NCBI RefSeq assembly: GCF_964204645.1
Contig: NC_134025.1
Span: 8,680,001-8,744,000, forward strand
Direction: 5' to 3'
DNA length: 64,000 nt
Source of the DNA: Tubulanus polymorphus
Lineage: Eukaryota; Animalia; Nemertea
Shown here: positions 1-13,660 of the stretch, one piece after another
How the letters are laid out: every line of letters begins with the position of its first letter
Position numbering within the stretch: position 1 is the first letter of the stretch
Translations under genes and position numbers: made by a program
The notes under the pieces: generated by a model
Told to the model about the DNA's origin: nothing
The model's database searches: none
The model's input: only the letters and a program-made list of their open reading frames with translations

Positions 1-2428
1 TATCTAATCCACACACCCGACACTTTCATTTCTGACAAAACATTTATCAAGAGAAATAATGTGCATTGCTTAGCGCTTTCTTTCAGTTTTGGCATTACTT
101 TTGGGAATAGTTCCTCATAAATCATGGTTTACTTCATTGACTGACGTTGTACTTAACAGTTTTGCCAGAAGAATTCCATTACTCAAAACGCGTAATTGAA
201 GCTGATACCTGTCACAGCATGTACTTTCAGGTTTTTACGGTAGCAACGTCTCAACATTAGTACTTCGTCGACAAATCAAATTATCATCAATAGATTTTCC
301 ATCGGAAAAATTTGATTAATATTAATTGCTAGAAGCAGGTTCCTGCCAAGACTTAAAACGATGTCGTCCATTCTATCATTGCGCAATGAAGATGAAACAA
401 TTAAGCAAATCAGGTGTAATTTTTTTCTGATTGCAAGCAAATGTGCAGGAAATTTTTCAGCGCGCTTGGTGAAAATTCCTGACAAGGAGATAAGAAATTT
501 GATGCGGCAGGACAATGATTCTTGAATGGAAAATAACATTTTTACTGACAAAATGATTGTTTGGTAATCATTCAGATACAAGTGTTTATGTTAAAATGAC
601 AAAGGAACTGTATTTCGCAATGGCATGCACCACTAACAGCCTTGTGAACATCCATCTTTAGTGATAATACGCCGTGATTGAATTAGCCACAATGCCAATA
701 TGAAAGCCGCCTTTATCGGCAAAGCTAAGTGGCAACTTTTATTAAACCTGGCAAGTACGCCTGGTCAAACTTATGAAGGAATGGAAGAAAAACTCGGAAT
801 TCTCAACAGAAGCAACAGTTTGTTATCCGCGTTACCTTGGTTACGCGTGAGAAGGGCACGCTTTCCCGATACCGTCGCAGCCCGTAGGTACAAATTAAGG
901 AACTCCATTAAACGAGGAGGCAGGCGAAGAGGTTTATCGCGCGAAGGCGCGTGTGGACAGGTAACAGTGATACTGGAATTACATGAGGGGTTTTTGTAAG
1001 GATTCCATCAAGAGAGCAACAGGTAAAATCATAATGAGAAGACACTTCGAGGACGGAGATATTCCGCTGGCATGAGATGATTTTCATGTAAGCCTATTCA
1101 ATTCGCGCCTATCGTGTACTCAACAACAGCTGAACAAAGTAACCGAGCAGATTATTAACATTATCAGCATATAAGTAATACTACCTTCGAAAGAAGATAG
1201 AAATATTTATACAGAATGTAAATAAACACATACAATTATTTTTTCAAAATTTTTCTTTTAATATCATTCTCCAAAATATATCATAAGACTTCTACATAAA
1301 ACACATCAACGAAATATGATTTTTTGTTTAAGTGCTAATTGATAAAATTCAATAGAATGGAATATATGCAGTCATCGTCCGAATTCTATTCTAGGCCTGA
1401 TGGAATGCGATCCGAACCAGTATCGATAAAAAGCATGTCTGAGCAAACGCACAATATATGGACAAGAGCTTTGTCAATACGAGAAATGATATCCAAACAA
1501 GGCCAACAACTTCGATTAATGCTAAATGACTTCAAGCTGCAACTTACATCTTTCCCCGGCAATGGAGATTTTGCAAAGATATTCATGGATGCCAAAAAAG
1601 TCTTCCTAGTAATTTTCTAATGAAAAATAATCTTTAACTCATTAACACAAGAGGATTTTACCAATGTGATATTTGGTAAATGCAGTTGCAACAAAAACTG
1701 TTAGAATTGAATGAATTTTTTATTTTCCTTTGGAAATATGATTAAGGTGTAACAAATATTGAGAATCGAAGCTGTAAGGTTCCGTTCAAGTATTTCCGAC
1801 AGGTACATCTACAACAGCGATCAAAATCTCCGTGCGAGAAAACCAATTTGAAGAATGCAATCACATCAAACGACAGTCATTACGGATGTAATGTCATTGT
1901 GGGGACGCCGCGCGTTTTCATTTCTGCTCCATCAAAAATTCATAATCTTAAGATGATCTCCGATTTCTTGCCTGTTAACTGATATACCTCGGTATTAATC
2001 TTCCGGTCCGATCAGCAATACAAACAAATCACGGCAGCAGCGGCTGCGATGATGAGAATACCGGCGCCGGTTTTACCACAGGCTCTCAATGACTGGATGC
2101 AATATAAATACTTGCATCGTATCGTGTACGACGACGACGACCGGTAAAAAGAAACCCGAGATGAAAAGACGATGATATCGCTGCTGGCAACAGGCAGCAA
2201 AGATAGAACTTTTAGCATGCAACAATTATTATTCGCTGCAACAATAAAAAAAGAATTTGCAGTAGCGAATAGTAATCAAAAAGTATGATATACGTTGAAT
2301 TAATCCGTTACCGGAGACACTCTAGCGATTGTAACGGGATACATTATATCTTAATCACCGTCTTAGAATTCTCGAGAATTTCTAATGAATCCCAAACAAG
2401 TTATTCAGTCACTGAGGCTAACACGTCA

Positions 2429-2693
2429 CATGGGCGTCCCCAGGAGCTTTCATAGGGGGTTCGAAGAAGCATCAATCCAGTATCCATGCACAATGTCGGG
2501 TGTTTGGTGGGCCTCCCCCAAAAAACTTTTTAAAAATTGGAGGCTTTAGAGACGTTTTCCAGGCTTAGAGTTAAAAGACTAGTCAAATTGGCAAGAAATA
2601 TCTTGAACATTGAATACATAGTAACTTGAGAAGTTAGCTATCTTGAAAAGGGGGTGCAGGGGTGGCGGACGCACCCCCCTTGAGGAGCCTATG
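2429..2693. mobile_element. Short GC-rich non-autonomous element (MITE-like) with imperfect terminal inverted repeats and an internal GGGGGTGC...GCACCCCC hairpin
   Basis: Left end CATGGGCGTCCCCAGG (2429) vs right end CCTTGAGGAGCCTATG (to 2693) are imperfect inverted repeats; hairpin at about 2650-2679; GC-rich island in AT-rich DNA. No clear TSD. Confidence 0.4.
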
Positions 2694-4715
2694 TGTCAGT
2701 TGAAGCTCATTTTTACTGCATAATCAGGCTGATTTTAAAAGAATATTTGATAATTCCAGTCATGAATTTGCAACTTATATAGGCCTATCTAACTAAAGTT
2801 TTCAGCATTCAAAATCTTGAAGTTCAAATATGCGGATTGTAAGAACGTTTTCACAAGTCTGTCTTATCCACTCTGACATGTCATTGTTGGTGAATGAGTA
2901 GACAACATCTTTGTGCTGTAATCTTTATCGACTAAATGATCCTAACATCTCCCAACTACTACAACGAATCTTACATTCAGTAGAAACAGGAAATCCATAT
3001 TGGTAACATTTGATGATCATTGTTGTCTGTAGGCCTATATCTTCATAAAAAAGATACTCACTTCATAAAAAAAGATACTAACAAGCGAGCTTGCATTGTC
3101 ACCGTGATGTTTAAAATAGGAATTGATGAAATTGTCAAATTATGTGATTATATTATCACGTTTAGTTGTAAATATAGGATGAATTTACATTGATTCAAAC
3201 TGTTTACTTCAGAATATTTAATGGAAATAAAGAATTTCAAAAATTTTTAATAAGCCTGGCGAGAAGTATTTTCTTTTATTCGGATTCTTATGTTTACCTT
3301 GAAATTTGAATGAAGCAATGCAGTTCATTTACCGGGTACTCGAGTTCGTTCAAATATTAAAGAAGCACATTCGAAATGCCGGAAGCCCAGCTTGAAACAA
3401 CTGAGATTCTATAATACCTGATTACATCGAGTGAAGAATGCCGTCAATTGACATGTCCTTTGAATTTCCGAATGCTTGTTCGGCAAAGCTGTGCATTTCC
3501 CACCTTAACCAGCTTCTCGAACAATCGAAGCAACAGTTTTTTCACCTTCACAAGCGAGCGGATGAGCTAGCGAAGAGGTTTTTTGCTCCTCAGTTCGTGC
3601 GAAGGCGTTTTACTGCCGACGAATACCTCGTAATTATACTAATTTCTGATTGATTGCAGTTGACAGTGCTGCAGGGTGGTTTTACCTGCATTCTCATAGC
3701 CTGACTACATAATTATTCTTTTCATATCGACGGCATGAAGGGTGGCGAAATTGGCACCAATTTCGTGGGATGGTCAAATTGCACGCCCCATGAAATGTTT
3801 ATCACAAAGATATCCGAGAAATGACATCCACCAGCTTTTCTATTGGTGCTATAAACGATATCATAAAAAAATTTTGAAGCTTTATCGACAGATACCAAAT
3901 TTCTTTTTGCTCAATTAAATCATAATCCGTTTTGATCAGCTCTATAAAGAAATCTTTTATACAACAGAAATGAAGTTTTGTCAGTGAAAACTCGCAGTTT
4001 GTAGAGATAAGAATTGATTTTGTGATAGGCCTGCAGCTTTATATCGTCAGATTGCATCGGAGATTGCATTTACTTCGACAGCTGTTGCTGCAAGTCATCG
4101 GTGTTAGGATCAACAGGCCCAATAATTGCTGATGAAAAAATAATGCTGACATAACTATGCACCTAAAAACCAATAACCGATTCTTCAGTTACTACCAGAG
4201 TCAGCATAACGATTTTCACAATACATTCACCCGGAACCACAGTAGCATGTTGTTTTTCTGATTTTCATTAGTTTGAAACCATCTAGTACGAGTTAAAATT
4301 TAACTTGTAATAGTGCAGAAGTAAGTAATTTTAAATGTGAAATTAAAATCACTGAACTGGGCCCAACCTTAGCCTAGGCCTATAAGCGGGTATGATCAGA
4401 AAAACTCAATTGTATCATTTTATACGCATGTTTAGATTTTCCAAAGTTTGGAAAAAATATGCAAATGATATGGTAATAGTGGGCAAATTTAACAGGGTAA
4501 AAGAAGAGTAGAAAGAATTACCGTACAGAAAAACATAGGATTAGGAATGTATGATAATCAGGGAAAAACAGTTCTAAGGAATACGCCTTTAGTTTAAGCA
4601 GATGATTTTATTGAATAGTGAGGCAAACAGGATTAATAAATTATGCTCTAAAGGATATTATAATTGTGCTGGAAATTTCATTTTTAATTTTCGAAACACC
4701 AACATTGAAACTTAC

Positions 4716-5171
4716 CTCAACAGTTTCTTCTTGTGTTCGACATACTTGCGGCTGCCATCTCAGCCGTGACGAAGACCTTCTTCTCGATCCGCCACTAACC
4801 CTTGAATTTGGGCTTGAGCCCGAACTGCTGTACGCCAGTGGTGAAGGTGAACGCGATGACCCGCTTTTTATAATCCTAGAGACAGTCTTTGATACGGGTA
4901 TCCTCGGCTCTGGAGACTGAGATGCCGATCTTTTCGGAACCGGGATTCGACCTCGACCGAGCAGAGTATATTTTGGCTTTGCTTTATTTGATTTGTTGCT
5001 ACTTGCATTCGATTTCGCAGAAGTAGCAGGTGACACTGGACACGATTGTGTTTGTCTACCTATAACAGCAGCTGGTATTCCGGTAGTCGACAGAAAACCA
5101 TAATCTCGAATTTGAACCTTATCCGATGACGATAATTTTGCAAGTTTACTTTTAGCAAATCGAAAAGACAT
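4716..5171 (-). CDS. Probable first coding exon (152 codons, Ser/Arg/Lys-rich, low complexity) of an unidentified gene continuing left, probably beyond the window
   Basis: ATG at 5171 opens MSFRFAKSKL...RWQPQVCRTQEETVE, ending exactly at a GAG|GTAAGT donor (GT at 4715-4714, phase 0). CpG-rich sequence upstream at about 5400-5700. No family recognised. Confidence 0.65.
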
Positions 5172-7024
5172 GTCTACTACTACAAATCAACGGAAATCCA
5201 CAATTTCGTCGACAATATGGAGAATAAACGAAAAACAGCATCATTTTTTAAGCGATGAAATTTTTCAACAGTTACGTTTTGACGAGCGCATTAAACAAAA
5301 AAAAAACGGAATAGATAGGCCTACACTCAAAAATAGCACCTTCTCAGTCTCAAGTTGTGTTGACCACCGGCATGAATCCCGATAAAACCATAACATAAAT
5401 TCATCATTGAACCGTGTGATGGTCATTCATTCAATACCAAAGCGATGAATGATGACAAAATACGCGCGGGATCCGCCATCATCGACGCAGCACGTGGCGC
5501 CGTATCTACTCGAACTGTCACATAAACCCACGGCCCACACTCACACTGCTCAGATCGGTCGCCATCTATCAGGTTTCCCCCCAGCATCCTCATTTGCCGC
5601 AGCAGGTTCGTTGTATTTGTGACGGATACCGTCGTTGGCACCATACGGTATTGTTGAAGGCTTGGTGCAACGTTAAGCGTCCGGGTTTCAATTTATTTCG
5701 TATAATTCCTATATCGAAAATAAATGGTAGTTATCGCTCATTAGGACAGATTAGTCAGCCTAATAAGTGGCGTCGAAATCGTGCATTTAAAAATCAAACC
5801 GTCTATTTTAGATAAATAATTCTTAACAATGGATCATAATACGAGTAAAATAGAAAGAGACGACAGACAGAGATTGAAATGAAGTGATCAGCCAGATATG
5901 CATTATTAACACTGAAAATAATAATTATGTTTTATACAGAGACAGACAAAAATAGGGATCATCCATTTACTGCATACTCCTTCTCTAGCCCCCTATACGC
6001 ATTTTTGAGCATTAGTAGATTTTATTTATTCCCCTCCCCTGCTGTGTATGTAATAGATGGATCATCCCTGATAATTCCATAGATATTCAAAAAGGCCATA
6101 TTTTCAGTAGAATTCTATATATGTTTGCTTAGTTAAAAAGCTTCATTGCCATAGTTGTGTAGCATATACCGCGTAAAGGAGGCATGAATGAAAGTCTTCC
6201 TGTTTTCAGTTCCTGAATTTATACGATATCAAAATGAATTTATATTTTAGTAAAAGGTAAATACGCATGACTTGTTGCGCACTTAGAGCTTAATTTTCGC
6301 TATTTAGAAGCTTTTTGAAGATCCGTCTTGTTGAGTGGAATCCTGAAATTAAAGCAATAGTTGTTGTACAAGAAATGAATGATGATTATTGAAAAAGATT
6401 TATTCATCAGTTAAAATTACAAAGTACGTACATGTAAAATGTATTTGAATGTTGAAGTATTAATGTTACTAGATGACGCTATAAGCACGATTGAATGTCA
6501 CCCCTGGAATATATTATACTGTACGCAATTTGTATAAATTATATACTTTCATTCGATATGAAATTGTAAAATAAAGAAGTGTAACGTGTTTTTGTTGTTG
6601 AGGGTTCTGATTTATTGCTCATGGAGGATTATTAGCCAGGAAACTGCAACTGATTCAACTGCCAGGGATCGTAAATAATTCACGGGCCGGCCGGTGAAAA
6701 GCAGTGAATTAATAAAAGGGCAGTGAAATGGGGGTGTTACTAAAACTGCGCTACTTAAACGAAGACCTATGCGCTTAGAGGTGTAAGAACTATGCATGAC
6801 TAAAACGAAGACTGAAGACCTACTGCACTCATTAGAAATCATCACTCGGGGCGCTATCTGTGTATTCAACCACCTCTGCCAATGAGTGCAGGCATCCATC
6901 CATCCTCCCAGACAGGGATTGACAAATTTCAAAATCATATTTATTCTCATACAACAATTATACAAAATGCCAGGAGTAATTATAATGTGAGCTCGTCAAA
7001 CACGTGGACTTTCAAAAACGACTA

Positions 7025-7181
7025 GTCCAACCACCATAGGTGTATAAACTATAAACGAGAGTTTATACGCCCATAGTCCAACGCCATAGACTAAAACAAA
7101 AGAAGTCTATGGTCCAACCATGGACTCAATAGTCCATGGCCCCCGCACTAAAACCAGAGATAAACCTGGCCAAATACTCTG
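7025..7181. repeat. Cluster of four miniature CANRG...CYNTG hairpins, three associated with GTCCAAC direct repeats
   Basis: GTCCAAC at 7025, 7076 and 7112. Hairpins: CATAGGTGTATAAACT/AGTTTATACGCCCATA (7035-7075), CATAGACT/AGTCTATG (7085-7111), CATGGACT/AGTCCATG (7119-7138), CAGAG/CTCTG (7155-7181). Confidence 0.7.
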
Positions 7182-7753
7182 GAAAGCGTAGGATTAAGTA
7201 ATCAATCTGATTTACATTTTTTTCATCATTTTAATTTCACATATCAAATTATTACCTCTTAGCTTATTTTCTCAAATTTCTATAGTAATTCTATTGCTAT
7301 TACTGTGTATGAAATTGTACTAACTTTAAAACCACAAAAGTTACATGTAAGGTATTTCGAAGTCTTTATCTACGATACATTTCCACTACAGCTGATTTAT
7401 ACAATTTGCATCAACAGGAAAATAACAAAATACACAAAGAATTAGAAACTTTGATGCATAAAACACCAAAACACGACTAGTCTGAAAGCCTAGTATTATG
7501 AATTTGACACTTCATGAGGTCAATATAACCGACACTTTGTTATATTTCATGAAATATGGATCTATCATGTCAACTTTTCAAATGACATTGAGATTGAGGA
7601 TATCTCAATTATCAAGAAAAAGCTCAACTATATTCGATGGGACCTTAAATCAGTGTTTTATGAACAACAATAATTATACCTAAATGACAGGTATTTGTGT
7701 ACTTGAGGAAGTGCCTCAGTCATTTACAAAAACATGACCTGTATTTCAAAAAA

Positions 7754-8893
7754 AGTCTCCAACATAAAAACATTAAAACCTGAGATAAAAACACAAATTC
7801 AAACTGGAAAGCTTATGATTAACTAAACAGTCTTTTATTTAATTTTCATCAACTTTATTTTACAAGATAACTAGAGTTTTGCCACCTTTGCTCAGACATG
7901 AGCAAATTGGTTATTTTCTCACATGTTACATTTAATGCAAAAGTATTTTTGGAGGTATCCTCTTATATGCAATCAACAAGATAAAATTGTTCACCTGTCA
8001 ATTTGAATACAGTTGGCACAATTTACTAACTTCATATATCCTCATTTATCAGGAGACTGCTCCTCTATTTTCCATAAGAACCTTAATAAAAAATAGTATC
8101 TTATGAACCAATGATTGAAAAGCACCACAGTGAAAAAGTTGCCCACTCAATGTAAGGGATGAATGTGTCACAATCGCACTGCTCATGTAGGACAGGTTGA
8201 TTTTTGAGGGTCAAGTGATAATACATATATGCTTGCCCCAAGGTCAAGTGGCATTTATTCCTTAGATCAAACCCGGCAAACTATTATAAAGGTTTTTCTT
8301 CGTGACAATTCAAGATAAATCGAGTATCTTCAAACAAATATCGTAACTGACAAAGCTACAGTAACGTTTTATTTATATTATTCAACGTGATAGTAGATAT
8401 AAATACAACTGTATATAAAGATCAGAAATTCTTCGAGTCCAGATATTACAGGCCCCACACAGACGCGGTTAAACCGATAATCAAAACAAAGCTAGGACAG
8501 TTGACCAATTAGCACTGTATCCTAAAGCTATCAAGAAACTGCTGCTATTTTCGACAGGCCCTTAATTAAATCAGCATTTTATGAACCACTGAAAAGCACT
8601 AAAGTAAAATTGTTGCTATAAAACTTAACAACTGAAATGTTTCAACATGGATGATGAAAATGTACATCGTTTTATTCACACAACAATAATATCTTAATCG
8701 AGGAATCATCATGCAAGTTCTTAATTTACAAACATGCAAAATGTGTCATAATAACAGTCTCCAACATAAAAGCATTAAAACTAGAGATGAGACACTCGGA
8801 TTCACTCTGGAAATCTAAGTATCAATTAATCAGTCTTAATTTCATTTTCATTAAAATTACTTTCACTAGAATTTTGCCAACTTTTCCCTGACT
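7754..8893 (+). repeat. Diverged direct repeat of about 140 bp (about 7754-7897 and 8756-8893)
   Basis: Both copies start AGTCTCCAACATAAAA(A/G)CATTAAAAC and end with ...TTTGCCA(C/A)CTTT...GAC, with colinear similarity in between. Confidence 0.7.
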
Positions 8894-9113
8894 TAAGATT
8901 ACCTAACACCTTGACATTACAAACTAAGTATTCTGACGTTTTTTCTTCCAGCTTTAACATCAATAACTAAGTTTATAGCTGTTTAACATTCTTTTAAAAA
9001 AGTAAAAAGTATTTACCAGATTTTAGATAGTAAATCTACCCATGTATAACAATAAACAGTCACAGCAGTGATTGAGCGCGGCTAGTTGAAAGGACGGGTC
9101 GATCTTTCATCAC

Positions 9114-9233
9114 AGTTATTCAAAGCATTCTATCATATCAGTTATTTTTTTAAATGTTTTCGATTTAGTTAAGGTTTATGGTTATTTGTTTTGTTCATTA
9201 CAATAACTGAGTTGATAGAATGCTTTGATTAAC
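9114..9233. repeat. Inverted repeat (about 32-bp arms), probable MITE remnant
   Basis: GTTATTCAAAGCATTCTATCATATCAGTTATT at 9114 pairs with AATAACTGAGTTGATAGAATGCTTTGATTAAC ending at 9233. Confidence 0.65.
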
Positions 9234-10364
9234 AACAGAAAAGATCTCGGGTTTTCGCTACACTTAGGGAAGGTTGTTCGATAAATGAAGAACCTTGTTG
9301 ATAAATATTTTAAAAAATGCCTTTTCATGTAAATAGAATTTTAATTTATTTTTTGTTTGTATTGTTGTTTATTCTATTTATTATTTATTGGTTTTTTTAC
9401 TTTTTAGAATTAATTTATGTACTTGTAGTTTGTAGTTATGTATTATTTATACTCCTCTATCTACAACTGCAGGCATTTTTTCACTGTAAAGTCCTGGGGC
9501 CCATTTTAAAAAAAGCGCTACCGATTCACTGCCACTCCTTAATAATCATTATACACCCAATTTGAAGCTAAGTGATTATTCACGAGAGCCATCTCGTGAA
9601 ATGGATTTCCCAATTACAATAAAAGAAGTTCATACAGCTATAAACAATGTTAAAACGTTCAAAATTAGTCCTAGCTATAACTTTATGCCTCGTTATTCCT
9701 AGCTTTACCTCTCAAATGTAATAATGGTCTCCTTTCAGATAAAGCTTTAGTTTTCAAATACGTAGCTATGATCATCAAACAGATTGATGGAGGCTTAAAG
9801 GTCAATGTGAAAATCGAAATCTACGATTTCAAATTTGTCAAATTGGTTACATGGGCCTTCCGAAAATATCAATGCCATCAAATTAGTACATCTACAATTC
9901 AGCAAATAGTTAATATTTGTACATCAACACTGGTCTAACGTTATGTTCTATGTTTCCTAACTATGTGATATCTAGGGCCTAGCAAGACAGGAGCATAGCC
10001 ACTGTTGACTATGTTTAACTACGGTAAGCATGATGATAAAACTCACAATATGATGTTGAAACTATATCTCAGTTTAGGAGTTAACTCAACAGACCTACAA
10101 GTCCAAACTAGGCGCTCGACACAAACATTTACCCCTTGTCACTAACCTAACTTGACTTATCTATCGACCAAGGATCGAAGACCAACATCTTGAATTGAAT
10201 TAATGGAGCTAAGCTTTTATTAGACTCTCACATTGCATAAAACATTATAAAATAGTTTCCTCGAAAACACTATATTATCCATCAGACTGGTTTGAAAAAG
10301 GGTAATAAGTAAAAAAATCAATACTTTACTACAATGTGCTATTATCTTCGCCACTCCTGGATTT

Positions 10365-10540
10365 CAGTGTTTATAAGATGCACTATTGTTTATGCTGCTC
10401 CTCAATTTATAAGATATACTATTGTCTTTGCTGCTTCTAAAACAGTGTTTATCCTGTATCAGTGTTTATAAGATAATCCATTAGCATTGCTGTGCGAATT
10501 AGTGTTTATAAGATACACTTTTGTCTCTGCTGCTCCTGAT
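10365..10540 (+). repeat. Degenerate minisatellite, about 35-45 bp unit, about 4 copies
   Basis: Recurring (CAGTG)TTTATAAGAT..ACTATTGT.T.TGCTGCT at about 10365, 10406, 10460 and 10501. Confidence 0.7.
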
Positions 10541-11364
10541 AAAATCTTTCATAGAAATCAACCACCGATTGAAGAAGAATCCATCGTTGAGTGATTAATC
10601 CGTTGCTGGCTCCTCAACTTATCACCTGGGCTTTTGCAATTTGCATCAGCAAATGGGTCAATCAGTAATCGTTGTGGGTGTCTTCTCGATGATGTTAGTT
10701 TGACTGAAACAAAGTGAAGAAAGCAAAACATTTCAGTCAGATTTATCATACCGGTAATTTACATGTCATTTCAAATTACAGGCCACCGTGTGTTTCACAA
10801 AGTAAAATTCATTGACGTCAATTGTCGATTTAGACCCAAATTATTAATTGCAGTAGTAGGACTAGTTCATCATTGTTTAAGACTAGTAAAGATAAAAGAT
10901 CAGCCATTTGGACCGGTAAATAAATTTTGATGATAGTCACTTATAAAATGATATTCATATGAGGCTTGAAATTTCTATATACCGGTAATTCCATGTACAT
11001 GTATATCAACTTACCTTTAAAGATTGCTGGGTTCAGTTCTGGCCTTTTCTGTGCACCGTTCCGGTTTGTAGATTTTGGACGAGGAGTTGATCTCAAGCTG
11101 GGCTTTTTCGTATAGTTCAAATTTAGCTGCAATGATCATAAGAAGATATCCTGTAATGACAAAAGATTTCATTTAGAATGAATCAAAATTTTTCCATGAA
11201 CATCAAGTTACCTTTTATGATTGCTGGGTTCATTATCGACGTGGATCATCTAAGTTTGTTGGCCGATGAGTTGAATTCAAACTGGCCCGTTATGTGAGCT
11301 TTTCTCTCATCGGCAGATTTTAGATGAGTTGTTGATCTCAGGCTCTCGTTTGACTTTTTGAGTA

Positions 11365-13660
11365 CAGATATAGTTGTGATCTGCGGTCAATCTAGCATAA
11401 TTTTTTTTCGAAATCGAAGGAGTCCGAAAGTTTACAAGGTAGAATTTTGTCTAAGTTTTACCTATTTTTACAGTTTTTTTTTAAATCGAAGTGTAGATAT
11501 AGTTGTGTGATTGGCGATCAATCTTACATAATTTTTTTTCGAAATCGAAGTAGTCCGAAAGTTTACAAGGTAGAATTTTGTCTAAGTTTTACCTATTTTT
11601 ACAGTTTTTTTTTTAAATCGAAGTGTAGATATAGTTGTGTGATTGGCGATCAATCTTACATAATTTTTTTTCAAAATTGAAGTAGTCCGAAAGTTTACAA
11701 GGTAGAATTTTATCTAAGTTTTACGTATTTTTACAGTTTTTTTTTTAAATCGAAGTGCAGATATAGTTGTGTGATTGGCGATCAATCTTACATAATTTTT
11801 TTTCAAAATCGAAGTAGTCCGAAAGTTTACAAGGTAGAATTTTATCTAAGTTTTACAAATTTTCACAGTTTTTTTTTCAAAATCGAAGTGCAGATATAGC
11901 AGTCAATCTTACATCATTTTTTTTCAAAATCGAAGTAGTCCGAAAGTTTACAAGGTAGAATTTTATCTAAGTTTTACATATTTTTACAGTTTTTTTTAAA
12001 AATCAAAGTGCAGATATAGCAGTCAATCTTACATCATTTTTTCTAAAGATCGAAGTAGTCCAAAAGTTTACAAGGTAGAATTTTATCTAAGTTTTACATA
12101 TTTTTACAGTTTTTAAAAAAATCGAAGTGCAGATATAGCAGTCAATCTTACATAATTTTTTTTCAAAATCGAAGTAGTCCGAAAGTTTACAAGGTAGAAT
12201 TTTGTCTAAGTTTTACATATTTTTACAGTTTTTTTTTCAAAATCGAAGTGCAGATATAGCAGTCAATCTTACATCATTTTTTTTCAAAATCGAAGTAGTC
12301 CGAAAGTTTACAAGGTAGAATTTTGTCTAAGTTTTACCTATTTTTACAGTTTTTTTTTTAAATCGAAGTGTAGATATAGTTGTGTGATTGGCAATCAATC
12401 TTACATAATTTTTTTTCAAAATTGAAGTAGTCCGAAAGTTTACAAGGTAGAATTTTATCTAAGTTTTACATATTTTTACAGTTTTTTTTTTAAATCGAAG
12501 TGCAGATATAGCAGTCAATCTTACATAATTTTTTTTCAAAATCGAAGTAGTCCGAAAGTTTACAAGGTAGAATTTTATCTAAGTTTTACATATTTTTACA
12601 GTTTTTTTTTTTAAATCGAAGTGCAGATATAGCAGTCAATCTTACATAATTTTTTTTCAAAATCGAAGTAGTCCGAAAGTTTACAAGGTAGAATTTTATC
12701 TAAGTTTCACATATTTTTACAGTTTTTTTTTAAAATCGAAGTGCAGATATAGCCGTCAATCTTACATAATTTTTTCTAAAGGTCGAAGTAGTCCAAAAGT
12801 TTACAAGGTAGAATTTTATCTAAGTTTTACATATTTTTACAGTTTTTTAAAAAATCGATGTGCAGATATAGCAGTCAATCTTACATAATTTTTTTTCAAA
12901 ATCGAAGTAGTCCGAAAGTTTACAAGGTAGAATTTTGTCTAAGTTTTACATATTTTTACATTTTTTTTTTCAAAATCGAAGTGCAGATATAGCAGTCAAT
13001 CTTACATAATTTTTTTTCAAAATCGAAGTAGTCCGAAAGTTTACAAGGTAGAATTTTATCTAAGTTTTACATATTTTTACAGTGTTTTTTAAAAACCGAA
13101 GTGCAGATATAGTAGTCAATCTTACATCATTTTTTTTCAAAATCGAAGTAGTCCGAAAGTTTACAAAGTAGAATTTTATCTAAGTTTTACATATTTTTAC
13201 AGTTTTTTTTTTTTAAATCGAAGTGCAGATATAGCAGTCAATCTTACATAATTTTTTTTCAAAATCGAAGTAGTCCGAGAGTTTACAAGGTAGAATTTTA
13301 TCTAAGTTTTACATATTTTTACAGTTTTTTTTTTAAATCGAAGTGCAGATATAGCAGTCAATCTTACATAATTTTTCCTAAAGATCGAAGTAGTCCAAAA
13401 GTTTACAAGGTAGAATCTTATCTAAGTTTTACATATTTTTACAGTTTTTTAAAAAATCGAAGTGCAGATATAGCAGTCAATCTTACATCATTTTTTTTCA
13501 AAATCGAAGTAGTCCGAAAGTTTACAAGGTAGAATTTTGTCTAAGTTTTACATATTTTTACAGTTTTTTTTTTCAAAATCGAAGTGCACATATAGCAGTC
13601 AATCTTACATAATTTTTTTTCTAAATCGAAGTAGTCCGAAAGTTTACAAGGTAGAATATA
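11365..13660 (+). repeat. Tandem satellite array, about 120-bp unit (131-bp variant), about 19 copies
   Basis: Unit AAAATCGAAGTAGTCCGAAAGTTTACAAGGTAGAATTTTATCTAAGTTTTACATATTTTTACAG(T)nAAATCGAAGTGCAGATATAGCAGTCAATCTTACATAA(T)nC. Starts at about 11411, 11542, 11673, 11805, 11926 ... 13500, 13623. Confidence 0.97.

Noticed and set aside
9317-9565. Hydrophobic 82-aa ORF
   Set aside because: Translation of a T-rich low-complexity tract.
11365-13660. CRISPR-like regular repeat array
   Set aside because: Units are repeated along their whole length with no unique spacers, the context is eukaryotic and no cas genes are visible. It is a satellite, and ORFs 11447..11680 and 13537..13749 are repeat artefacts.
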